Positions 1 through 9,551 of a stretch of DNA of 14,421 bases are shown here, piece after piece. The notes under the pieces were generated by a model. The model saw nothing but the letters and a program-made list of their open reading frames with translations, made no database searches and was not told the DNA's origin. This DNA is from Fonticula alba ATCC 38817 (taxonomy: Eukaryota; Protista; Nucleariida). The number at the start of each line of letters is the position of its first letter. The stretch's first letter is position 1. Where the stretch lies: NCBI GenBank assembly GCA_000388065.2, contig KB932208.1; one strand, given 5' to 3'. Position numbers and translations under genes: made by a program.

Positions 1-1494
1 CCCCCCCCCCCCCCCCCCCCCCCCCCGCCGACCCTAGAACGCTCGTGGGTCGCCTAAGCATCGAGAGAAGCCCCCGGGGCCGCTGAATGTTGGTGGCGGG
101 GAAAGAAAATCCGCAGGGAGGGGGGCCAGGGAAAATCGGATGTCCACGAATTTGGACATCCGGCTGCCAATGGGCGGGAATTTGGTTTTCCCCGTCGGCG
201 GCTGCCGCAGGACCCCTCCCAGGGCAAGGGGGCTTGCGGCGGGGGAGCCGGGGAATCGGCTCAAAAATCGGCATCATGCCGGGCCGGCCAATAAAACTGC
301 GGGCCGGAGTCGGCAAACAACCTGCTTGTTGGGATACCCCGGCGGGTGGTGGGGAGCGGCGGCCGCTTCTTTTGTCGATCATGCATGGCGCAGGCCTGGC
401 GCGCGGGGTGGGGGGGCAGGCGGGAAGTCCGCCCCGGGATGGGGACCTCTCCCAACCTCGGGCCGGCCCCTCCGGGCCTTAGGGTGTCCCGGCCGCGCAT
501 CCCCCCCCCCCCCTCTCTCTCTCGCCCTCTTAACCACTACCGACCGCCAGTGGCGGATCTGGGCGATTTCCCACGTGTGTTTCCTCGATTGGCCAGCATG
601 CACGCTGGGCCTCTCGACCGGGCCCTTGTGCGCTTCTCCAGCCGGGGCACCTTTCTTTTTCGGACAACCACCCGGCCGGATGGCGCGCGGCCCGGGCAGA
701 GGCGGCTGCCCAAGCATGCCCCGGGCGGGCGGGGGCCTTCCAGCCGCCCCGACCGATAGGGCCACCAGTGCCCGGGGGCCGGGGGGTACTTTTCCACCCA
801 GCGGGCTGATCAAGCGGCCCGAGCGACAGACTGTTGTTGTTTTTTCCCCCAGCCCGGATGGTCCCCCCTCCGATCATCATCCCCCCCCCCCCCCCCGCCC
901 CCGGCGCGGCCCAGGGTCCCCCGGGCACCTTATCCCAGAAATGCCCGAGGGGCCGGCGCATGTTGACAGGGGGGCGGGGCGTTCGGACGATCTTCCATCC
1001 CCCTCCTTTCCGGCGGGCTTCTTCTCTCCGGTCACTCGGCCCTTTCCCGGTCTTCCTCGGAGGATGCCGGGCCGAGGGACCGGGCGACCCAGTGCCGCAG
1101 TTCCAGAAAGACCCCTCCCCCGGGACCCCAGGGCAGCGGCGCCCGAGGGCCCGTCGATCGACCCAGCTGAGGGCACCCCCCTCGAGGCCAAGGATGGCTC
1201 ATGCCTCTCCGTACTTTTCCCCCCTGGTGGCTACACTCCGGTGAAACCATGCTGGACCGCAGGCCATCGGGAAGGGCGTGTATTCCCAAGCCCTTTCGGG
1301 ATCCGGCGAGGAGAGCATGCAGCACTTTTGGCCGTGCGGGGAGCCTGGGGGGGCCGGCGCACCAGCCCAGAGCCGCCCCCTTCCCTGCCGGCCCTCGGGC
1401 TCACTCAGGCATGGCCGGCTTTTATTTGGCCCCGGGGGATTGCCGCATTCTCGCCTTCGCGTGAGCCCCGACGGGGACCGAGCCGCCTGCCACT

Positions 1495-1520
1495 TCGTCG
1501 TCGTCGTCGTCGTCGTCGTC
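1495..1520. repeat. (TCG)8 trinucleotide microsatellite
   Basis: Eight perfect TCG units plus TC, read directly. Confidence 0.9.
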
Positions 1521-2057
1521 CCGGCCCCATCCCCCTCCCAGGAGAGGCGCTTCACGCAATTCTCCCCTGTGCACGCCGTGGAGCCTCTCTCCCGGGCCGG
1601 ATTTCCTTGCCCGGGGGGGCGGCCCTGTGATGAGGAGGGGGCCCGGGGCGGAACAGCGCCACCGATGCCGAAAGAATGTCCCGCCCCCGGGAGCGCGCAG
1701 CCCTCCTTCCCGCGGCGACCGGCCGCGAGGGTTGCCCATGCGCGTCGAGTTACGCCGGATCGCGGCGAGTTTAGGGCGCGCGCGATCACCGGATCGGCGG
1801 CGTGATCGACACTTCCGCAGCCCGGCGTGATGCCTCTCCCGCGTCGCCGATCGACCCAGCCATCGGGCTCTCTCCCTGCCAGCTCCAAGTCCCGGCTGTG
1901 CGACGCGTCCTCGCCCGCCCCGCCGGATGCGCCGATCTAGGCCGCTTTGCCGGCGAGGGATGTATGATAAGTGCCCAGCCCCCGGGGGAGGGGGGAGACG
2001 GGGGACCCAGCCATCCTGCCAGACTTTCTGCCCGATCTCCGCCTTATCCCCTCCCCG

Positions 2058-2112
2058 CCTTCCCCCCCCCCCCCTTCCCTTCTCTTCCCTTCCCTTCCCT
2101 TCTCTTCCCTTC
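2058..2112 (+). repeat. Purine-free tract with TTCCC units upstream of the PIGN start
   Basis: 55 nt containing only C and T, ending 30 nt before ATG 2143. Confidence 0.8.
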
Positions 2113-2142
2113 GCTCCTGCTCCCTTCGCACTCCCTGGCCCC

Positions 2143-4236
2143 ATGTCGGTCCTCCAGAGACCGGGAGGCACCAGCTCGCGGCTGCCGGCCCGCGTCCCGG
2201 CCCCGCCAACCCCCGGAGCTGGGGCCTCGTCGGCCAGCTCCTCGGGTCTGCGAGGCAGCGCCTTGCTCCGGGGTTTCCGCTCGATGGCCCAGTATCGGCG
2301 CCAGTATGCGCTACTGCTTCTGACGGCGCTGGTGTTTCACGGCATCTATGCCCTGTCCATCTTTGACATCGTACGTGATCCCTCGCCCCCTGTTGTCTGT
2401 CTCTGTTTCTGTGCCTCCCTCCCTCCCTCTCTCTCTCTCTCTCTCCGCTTTCCTGCCTCCCCCTGTTTCCCTGCCTCTTTCCTTCGACATATGCTAACCT
2501 TTAACCACTCAGTACTTCCGATCGCCGGTGATTTCCGGCATGCCACTCCATGCCAGCCCGGAAGCCGCGCCCGCCCGGCGCCTTGTGCTATTTGTCGGTA
2601 TGCGCCTGGGCGCGAGAGTGGCTATGCTTCGCCAAGCCCACGCCATCCCCTTTCGCCGCGCCTTTCCCCCACGGTATTCCATCCGTCCGCCTCTCTGACC
2701 TGCCGACGCCCCCCCCCCCCCCTCTCTTCCCCGCTTCGCTCTGGCAGCTGACGGCCTCCGAGCGGACCGCTTTTTTGAGGAGCAGACGCCCGGCTCGACG
2801 GTGCCCGAGTTTGGCTTCCTCTCGACCGAGCACGAGTCCATGTACCACCGGTCTAGGGCGCCCTTTCTCCGGTCTGTGGTCGAGGAGACCGGCCGCTGGG
2901 GCGTGGCCCACACGCGTGTCCCCACCGAAACACGCCCCGGGCATGTGGCCCTGATCGCCGGGCTCTATGAGGATGTCAGTGCCGTGACCAAGGGTGCGTC
3001 CGGGTCGCCAAGCCTCCGGGCCCTCGTTCGCGCATCGGTCTCACCCTTTTTTTCTTCGGGCCTCGCCCCTCCCCCTCGCCCCGGGGCCCAGGCTGGCAGG
3101 AGAACCCGGTGGAGTTTGATTCGCTTTTCAATCGGACCCGGCGCACCTTCGCGATTGGCGCGCCCGACGTGGTGCCGATGTTTGCGCGCGGTGCCGGCGA
3201 GCGCCCGGCCTTCGAGGACGGGGACCCCGACCCCGGGGCGGTCTTTGGCCCGGCCGATGACCCGGCCTTCCAGGATATCGGCGGAACCGGGCGCGTCATC
3301 ACCTTTACCTATGGCTCGGATGTGGAGGACTTTACCCTGGGTGCGTGTAGCGCCGTCGGTCCGGTGCCTCCCCGCCGGCGAAAGCCTTCCCCTTGCTTTC
3401 CCCCCGCCTCGGGGGCGGCGCCCATGGTTCTGACCCCCTTCGCACAGACCCCCAGGAGCTAGATCGGTGGGTTTTCGACAAGGCCCACGCCCTGCTGGAT
3501 GCGGCCGAAGCCGGAGACACCCCGGCCCGGTTGCGGCTTCGAGCCCAGATGGCTGCCGATCGGACGGTCTTCTTCTTCCACCTTCTCGGCCTCGACACCA
3601 ACGGGCATGCTCGGCTGCCAGACAGCAAGCAGTATGTTTTGTCTTTTCCCCCTCCCGCTCTCCATTTCCCTGTCCGTCTCTTTCTTTCTGACTTTCCCCC
3701 TCCATTTACTCGTCTATCTCTTTCTTTCGCCCTCTCTTGCCCTCTCTTGTCCCCCCCCCCTCACTCCGCCCTATTTTGCTGCTTGCCCCCCTTCCGCGGC
3801 TCGGCCCACACTCGCCGTAGATACCTCGAAAACATTCACTACGTGGACGCCGGCATCAAGCGCTTGCATGGCCGTCTGGAGGACTTCTTCCGCCGGCTGG
3901 ATGGCACCCCGGAGCAGGAGCCCTCCCGCACGGCGTACATCTTCACGGCGGATCACGGCATGTCCGCCCAGGGGGCCCATGGTGATGGGACTCCCTCCTG
4001 CACGCGGGTGCCCCTGGTGGCCTGGGGTGCCGGGGTCCGGGGCCCGGGGCCGAGTGGGGACATGGGCACGGCGGCCGGTGCCACGGCCGCGGCCGCGGCC
4101 GCCACCGCCCGACTGTGGGACACCTGGCTCGGGACGGTGGAAAACCGGGCCGACGGCCTGGCCGAAGACCACTGGGGGCTGGATCATTTGGTTCGCACCG
4201 ACGTGGCCCAGGCCGATGTGGCGGCGCTGATGGTAC

Positions 4237-4311
<75 letters not shown>

Positions 4312-7309
4312 GAGAATGCCCCGCACGTGCTCCCACCTGCCGATGACTGACATGCATGTGCCGCCTGCTGCCCGGGTCGCCCGTCCTCCCCGTGGCAGAC
4401 CTCCCTGATTGGGGTGCCCTTTCCGGTGAATAATGTCGGCGTCGTGCCGCTGGACTACCTGGAGGCCGACGGTGCCTTCCGTGCGCATGCCCTTTGCACC
4501 AATGCGCGACAGATTTTCGCGCAGCTCGAACGGAAGTCCGGTATGTCCGCCTCGCCCGCTGCCCGGCGACTCGCCCGGTCTCATGCTCCCCTGTGGCTTG
4601 CTCGTGCTGACATCCGGACGGGCAGAACTCAAGAAGGCCTCTGTCGTGCGGCCCTTCCGGCCCTTTGCCCCCCTGGCCAACTTCTCGGATGAGTCTATCT
4701 TCTCCAAGGGCGGCCTGGTGGAGGGGCACATCGCGGCCGGGCGCGTGGCCGCCGCCGAGGAGGTGTGTCGCGGCATGATCGACCTTTCCATCGAGGGTCT
4801 GCGTTACTTCCAGACGTGCGTGCCTTCCTCCTGCCTCCCGGCCTCCCCGCTTTCTTTCTTTTTTTTCTTTCCCCCCCCCCCCNNNNNNNNNNNNNNNNNN
4901 NNNNNNNNNNNNNNNNNNNNNNNNNNNNNNNNNNNNNNNNNNNNNNNNNNNNNNNNNNNNNNNNNNNNNNNNNNNNNNNNNNNNNNNNNNNNNNNNNNNN
5001 NNNNNNNNNNNNNNNNNNNNNNNNNNNNNNNNNNNNNNNNNNNNNNNNNNNNNNNNNNNNNNNNNNNNNNNNNNNNNNNNNNNNNNNNNNNNNNNNNNNN
5101 NNNNNNNNNNNNNNNNNNNNNNNNNNNNNNNNNNNNNNNNNNNNNNNNNNNNNNNNNNNNNNNNNNNNNNNNNNNNNNNNNNNNNNNNNNNNNNNNNNNN
5201 NNNNNNNNNNNNNNNNNNNNNNNNNNNNNNNNNNNNNNNNNNNNNNNNNNNNNNNNNNNNNNNNNNNNNNNNNNNNNNNNNNNNNNNNNNNNNNNNNNNN
5301 NNNNNNNNNNNNNNNNNNNNNNNNNNNNNNNNNNNNNNNNNNNNNNNNNNNNNNNNNNNNNNNNNNNNNNNNNNNNNNNNNNNNNNNNNNNNNNNNNNNN
5401 NNNNNNNNNNNNNNNNNNNNNNNNNNNNNNNNNNNNNNNNNNNNNNNNNNNNNNNNNNNNNNNNNNNNNNNNNNNNNNNNNNNNNNNNNNNNNNNNNNNN
5501 NNNNNNNNNNNNNNNNNNNNNNNNNNNNNNNNNNNNNNNNNNNNNNNNNNNNNNNNNNNNNNCCTCTTCTTCTTCTCCTCTTCTTCTCCTCCTCTTCTTC
5601 TCCTCCTCTTCTTCTCCTCCTCTTCTTCTCCTCCTCTTCTTCTCCTCCTCTTCTTCTCTTTCTCTCTCCCACTCCCTCCTCCCCCGCCCCCTCCTCCCCC
5701 GCCCCCTCCTCCCATGCCCTCTTCGGCGACTTGCGCCCCGCCTGGCGCCGTCCCCCGCGCCTTCTTCAAGTATTTTCTGACCTCTTTGCTCGGGTGCACG
5801 GCGGGCACGGACATTGGCATGCAGTCTGGCCGGAGTGGTCCTGGTGTCGGTCGCTGGGTTTGTGTACCTGGTGTCCGGCGTGGCACGGCCCGACACGCGC
5901 CCTGCCCTGGCGGGCCTGCTCACCATCCCCGGGATCAGCCTGCTGTTGACAACGTACATCGACTCGCTGCATGAGGAGCAACTCGGCCTGCCCATGTGGG
6001 CCCAGTGTGTGGCGTGGGTCCTGCTGCTGTCCGGCATCATTGGGCCCTTTTACCGGTGGCGCGGGGTGAATGACCCCTACGGGCGCATGGTCGCCGCGCT
6101 GGCGGGCCTTTCCGGGGCCTTTGTCATCTTGAGTGTGTCGTGCGTCTCCGGGTGCTGGCCTTGCTCCCCTTCTTTTGCTCCTTCTTCCCCTCCTCGGGGC
6201 TCGAGCCCTTGGCGGCCTGTGGCCACGTCTCCCCCCCCCCCCCCNNNNNNNNNNNNNNNNNNNNNNNNNNNNNNNNNNNNNNNNNNNNNNNNNNNNNNNN
6301 NNNNNNNNNNNNNNNNNNNNNNNNNNNNNNNNNNNNNNNNNNNNNNNNNNNNNNNNNNNNNNNNNNNNNNNNNNNNNNNNNNNNNNNNNNNNNNNNNNNN
6401 NNNNNNNNNNNNNNNNNNNNNNNNNNNNNNNNNNNNNNNNNNNNNNNNNNNNNNNNNNNNNNNNNNNNNNNNNNNNNNNNNNNNNNNNNNNNNNNNNNNN
6501 NNNNNNNNNNNNNNNNNNNNNNNNNNNNNNNNNNNNNNNNNNNNNNNNNNNNNNNNNNNNNNNNNNNNNNNNNNNNNNNNNNNNNNNNNNNNNNNNNNNN
6601 NNNNNNNNNNNNNNNNNNNNNNNNNNNNNNNNNNNNNNNNNNNNNNNNNNNNNNNNNNNNNNNNNNNNNNNNNNNNNNNNNNNNNNNNNNNNNNNNNNNN
6701 NNNNNNNNNNNNNNNNNNNNNNNNNNNNNNNNNNNNNNNNNNNNNNNNNNNNNNNNNNNNNNNNNNNNNNNNNNNNNNNNNNNNNNNNNNNNNNNNNNNN
6801 NNNNNNNNNNNNNNNNNNNNNNNNNNNNNNNNNNNNNNNNNNNNNNNNNNNNNNNNNNNNNNNNNNNNNCCCCCCCCCCCGTGCAGCTGATTCTCATCCA
6901 TCTGGGGTTCTTTGGCACCGGGAACGTGGCCTCATTGGCCTCCTTCCGACTGTCCTCGGTCTTCCGGCTGATGGCCACCTTCCGGCCCTTCGCCATGACG
7001 GCGCTGCTGCTGCTGAAGCTGCTGCTGCCCTACTCGGTCCTGGCCCTGGGCCTGGCGGCCATCTCGCGCAAGTGCCGGCTCCCGCCTAGCTCGCTGGCCG
7101 TGGCGGCCCTGGTCCTGAGCGGCGGCCTGACGCTGAACTTCTTCTTCCTCGTGCGCGACGAGGGGTCCTGGCTGGAGATCGGCCTCGGCATCAGCCACTT
7201 CATCATCGCCAGCGCCATGTGCGTCGTGGTGTGCGGGATCAGCGCCCTCGGGCCGGCCCTGGAGGGGCCCCTCCCGGTGGGCAAGCCCCCGGGCGCGGCG
7301 GCGCAGTAG
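2143..7309 (+). CDS. PIGN: GPI ethanolamine phosphate transferase 1 (PIG-N/Mcd4), spliced; internal exons hidden in N gaps
   Basis: Exons with GT..AG boundaries and consistent phases: 2143-2370 (alternative in-frame ATG 2284), 2513-2597, 2748-2993, 3092-3340, 3448-3631, 3821-4232, 4399-4540, 4626-4815, [gap], 5825-6139, [gap], 6887-7309. The spliced product has the PIGN hallmarks [115 protein letters not shown] and the C-terminal membrane motifs FFGTGNVAS and [19 protein letters not shown]. The 5825 acceptor is less certain than the others. Confidence 0.96.
4239..4309. repeat. Poly-C homopolymer (71 nt) in PIGN intron 6
   Basis: Uninterrupted C run starting 6 nt after the GTACGG donor at 4233; the assembled length may be unreliable. 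Confidence 0.85.
4883..5562. other. Assembly gap (680 N) expected to hide PIGN transmembrane exons
   Basis: N run. About 185 aa of the family sequence is absent between RYFQT and LAGVVLV (approximate, from recalled human PIGN). Confidence 0.9.
5581..5650. repeat. 14-bp homopyrimidine minisatellite (TTCTTCTCCTCCTC)x5 in a PIGN intron
   Basis: Five exact units at 5581, 5595, 5609, 5623 and 5637, with partial flanking copies. A 15-bp-period C-rich repeat follows at about 5674-5713. Confidence 0.9.
6245..6869. other. Assembly gap (625 N) expected to hide a PIGN exon
   Basis: N run flanked by poly-C. The YE..F..W..IE region of PIGN is missing here. Confidence 0.9.
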
Positions 7310-7384
7310 CAAAATAGACACCCCCTTCGTTGGCATCTGCGATCGTGCGCCGACGGCACACCCGATCGCCTTGTCCGCCTTGAT

Positions 7385-7418
7385 GGGTGCCGGGTGCCGG
7401 GTGCCGGGTGCCGGGTTC
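7385..7418. repeat. (GGGTGCC)x4 heptamer tandem repeat plus partial fifth copy
   Basis: Units at 7385, 7392, 7399 and 7406, then GGGTTC; followed by a G17 run at 7428-7444. Confidence 0.9.
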
Positions 7419-7494
7419 GGGAGAGCCGGGGGGGGGGGGGGGGGCCAGGGCGGGGTGTCTTTCCTTCCTGTTCATTTCGGGCCCCGGCCCGCTG

Positions 7495-7515
7495 CCCCCC
7501 CCCCCCCCAGGGTTG

Positions 7516-7555
<40 letters not shown>

Positions 7556-7576
7556 CCCCCCCCCCCCCCCCCCCCC
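7495..7576. repeat. Poly-C tracts (C14, C34, C23) upstream of EMC3
   Basis: Runs at 7495-7508, 7519-7552 and 7554-7576. Confidence 0.85.
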
Positions 7577-7716
7577 AACACACGTCGCCCCTTGTCCCCC
7601 TCCCTGCTGCTGCCTTCCTCCGCTTCCCGCTGCTTTCTTCCCCCACCCCTCCCGCCTCTTCGGCCCTCGGTCCCGTCTGCCTGTGTGTGTGTGTGGACAG
7701 CCGCAGCACGCCGCCC

Positions 7717-9551
7717 ATGTCCTTCCACGCGCAGCTGAGCGGCCTCCTGGACGGCTCCTCTGGCGCCGGTCTGCCAGGGCTGGTTCTGTCGCATACGGCT
7801 CCCGGCGACGCCGGGCGCCTGGCCCTGGACCCGGAGATCCGGAACTGGGTCGTCCTGCCGATTGCGGTCCTGGTGTTTCTGGTGTTCCTCCTCCGGGCCA
7901 ATATCTCCAAGTTCCTCGGCAGCGGGGCCGCAAAGAAGTCGCTCTCTTGTCTGGCCGTGCGCGAGCGGTATGTGTCCCTCCTGGGTGATGCCATTCCCTC
8001 CCCCNNNNNNNNNNNNNNNNNNNNNNNNNNNNNNNNNNNNNNNNNNNNNNNNNNNNNNNNNNNNNNNNNNNNNNNNNNNNNNNNNNNNNNNNNNNNNNNN
8101 NNNNNNNNNNNNNNNNNNNNNNNNCCCCCCATTTCCCCTTCAATCAGTGAGGCCAGCAGTGCCCACCTGTGCCTGACGCTTCGGGCCGCTCGCCGGCATG
8201 TGCTCCCACCTGCGCCCCCTTCGGATGTGGCCTCCCGCCGGTGCCGTGCAGCGAGGCCTTGGTGTTCACGCAGAAGTTCCTGCGCAACTCGCGGCTCGTG
8301 GCCCCGGCGCACTATGCCGCCACGAGGGAACGCCTGCTGGATGCCCTCAACGGGGGGACATTCCTCCAGGCTGGCTCCTCGATGCCGAGCAGCTCCTCCC
8401 TGCCAGGCATGGTGCGCACCCGAGGGCCTTCCACTCCTGGCCTCCTTCTTTGATTTCTTCCTCTCCCTCCTCGGCCCTCACTCTCCGCCCTCCCCGTGGC
8501 TGACCCCCTTTCCACCGGGGCCAGACGGACCCGGCCAAGCTGCAAGACATGATGTCCGGCGTCCAGCGGAATATGCTGGCCCTCGTTCCCAATAGCATTC
8601 TCATGCTCTGGGTCAACACCACCTTCCGTGGGTTTGTCGTCAGTGCGTTCGGACATGGCGCCGGTGTGCGCTGCCATCGGGCCTCGGGCCGCCTCCCGCT
8701 CACCTCCTCCTCCTCCTCCTCCTTCCTCGCCCGTGCCTGGCGGGCGCTGCTGTCCGGGTGCAGTGCGCGTTCCGCTCATGCCGCCGGTCTTCCGTCTGAA
8801 GCTCATGCTGCAGTCTGGCATTGATGTTCTTGACCTGGCCCCGGCCTGGGTCAGCTCGCTGTCTCTGTTCTTCCTGTGCCTCTTTGGCCTTCGCGGAGTC
8901 TTCGACCTGTGTGTCGATACCCTCGGTGCGTTTGCCTGCTCACCGGCCCGCGTGTGGTCCGCCCCTCCCCGTCGCGGTTCCCACCCACATGCCGCTGCCG
9001 ATGCTCATACACACCCACGCTCGCATTCCCCCATCGGCATCCTCCGCCGATGCCACACATGGCCTTTCGCCCGCCGCCCCCTCCGACCCGAACGTGCCTC
9101 TGCCCCGTCCTCCTCCCCTCCCCCGGGACTGCCACAGGGCTGGCCGTCTCGCCCGAGGCGGCGGCCAGTGCCTCGGCGGCCATGATCAACCCCGGCGCGG
9201 CCATGCTGTCGGCCGGGACGCCCGACGCGGCAGACCCCGCCAAGGCGCTTCAGGTGCGTGCTCTTGTGCTTGTTGTGGCCCGACACCCGGGCGGCATATG
9301 CTGCCTGCTTGCCGCGCGGATACTCACACCTCGCCCTCCCCCCTGGTGGACCGGCGCTGGCGCAGAAACAATCCGAGATCCTGGCCATCCACTCGCAGCA
9401 CTGGCTTTTCCAGGGGTCCGATCTGGAGAGTCGGTTCCTGGCGGACTGCTGCGACGCCCCGGGGAATCCCTTCACCATGCACGCCCGCTCCGAGTCGCTG
9501 GATGTCCGGTCGCCGGCCATCGGCTCCGCTGGCAGCCGCCGCCCCGGATGA
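7717..9551 (+). CDS. EMC3: ER membrane protein complex subunit 3 (EMC3/TMEM111, Oxa1-superfamily insertase), 6 exons, 330 aa
   Basis: Exons 7717-7967, 8252-8411, 8525-8642, 8764-8925, 9138-9253, 9366-9551 total 993 nt (331 codons including TGA). Motifs: LALDPEIRNWVVLPI (cf. human LLLDSNIRLWVVLPI), M|TDP...DMM, WVNTTF.GFV, MLQSGI, WVSSLS.FFL.LFGLR, DPAKA and a terminal H-W motif. Confidence 0.94.
8005..8123. other. Assembly gap (119 N) inside EMC3 intron 1
   Basis: N run; exons 1 and 2 join in frame across it with no obvious missing homology. Confidence 0.85.

Noticed and set aside
479-1776. Isolated TTAGGG hexamers (about 479 and 1771)
   Set aside because: Single copies, not a telomeric array; expected by chance.
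1411-1830. Possible + strand intron GTGAGC(1461)..CTCCCAG(1541) joining two short ORFs
   Set aside because: The joined peptide is unrecognisable and low complexity, the donor does not match the local +4 pyrimidine pattern, and there is no clear branch point.
34-2171. Many overlapping ORFs in the first 2.1 kb, including a 496-aa ORF (140-1630)
   Set aside because: Pro/Gly/Arg/Ala-rich translations in all six frames, no recognisable motif and no local-type splice donors. Long ORFs are expected when stop codons are rare at this GC content.
7387-7716. In-frame upstream extension of EMC3 (poly-Pro) from a GTG start
   Set aside because: It is a translation of intergenic poly-C; non-ATG start; no homology.
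8146-8160. Alternative EMC3 intron-1 acceptors near 8147
   Set aside because: They lead into a frame without EMC3 similarity; the 8251 acceptor restores the RENxxxI-like segment (FLRNSRLVAP) and the overall phase.
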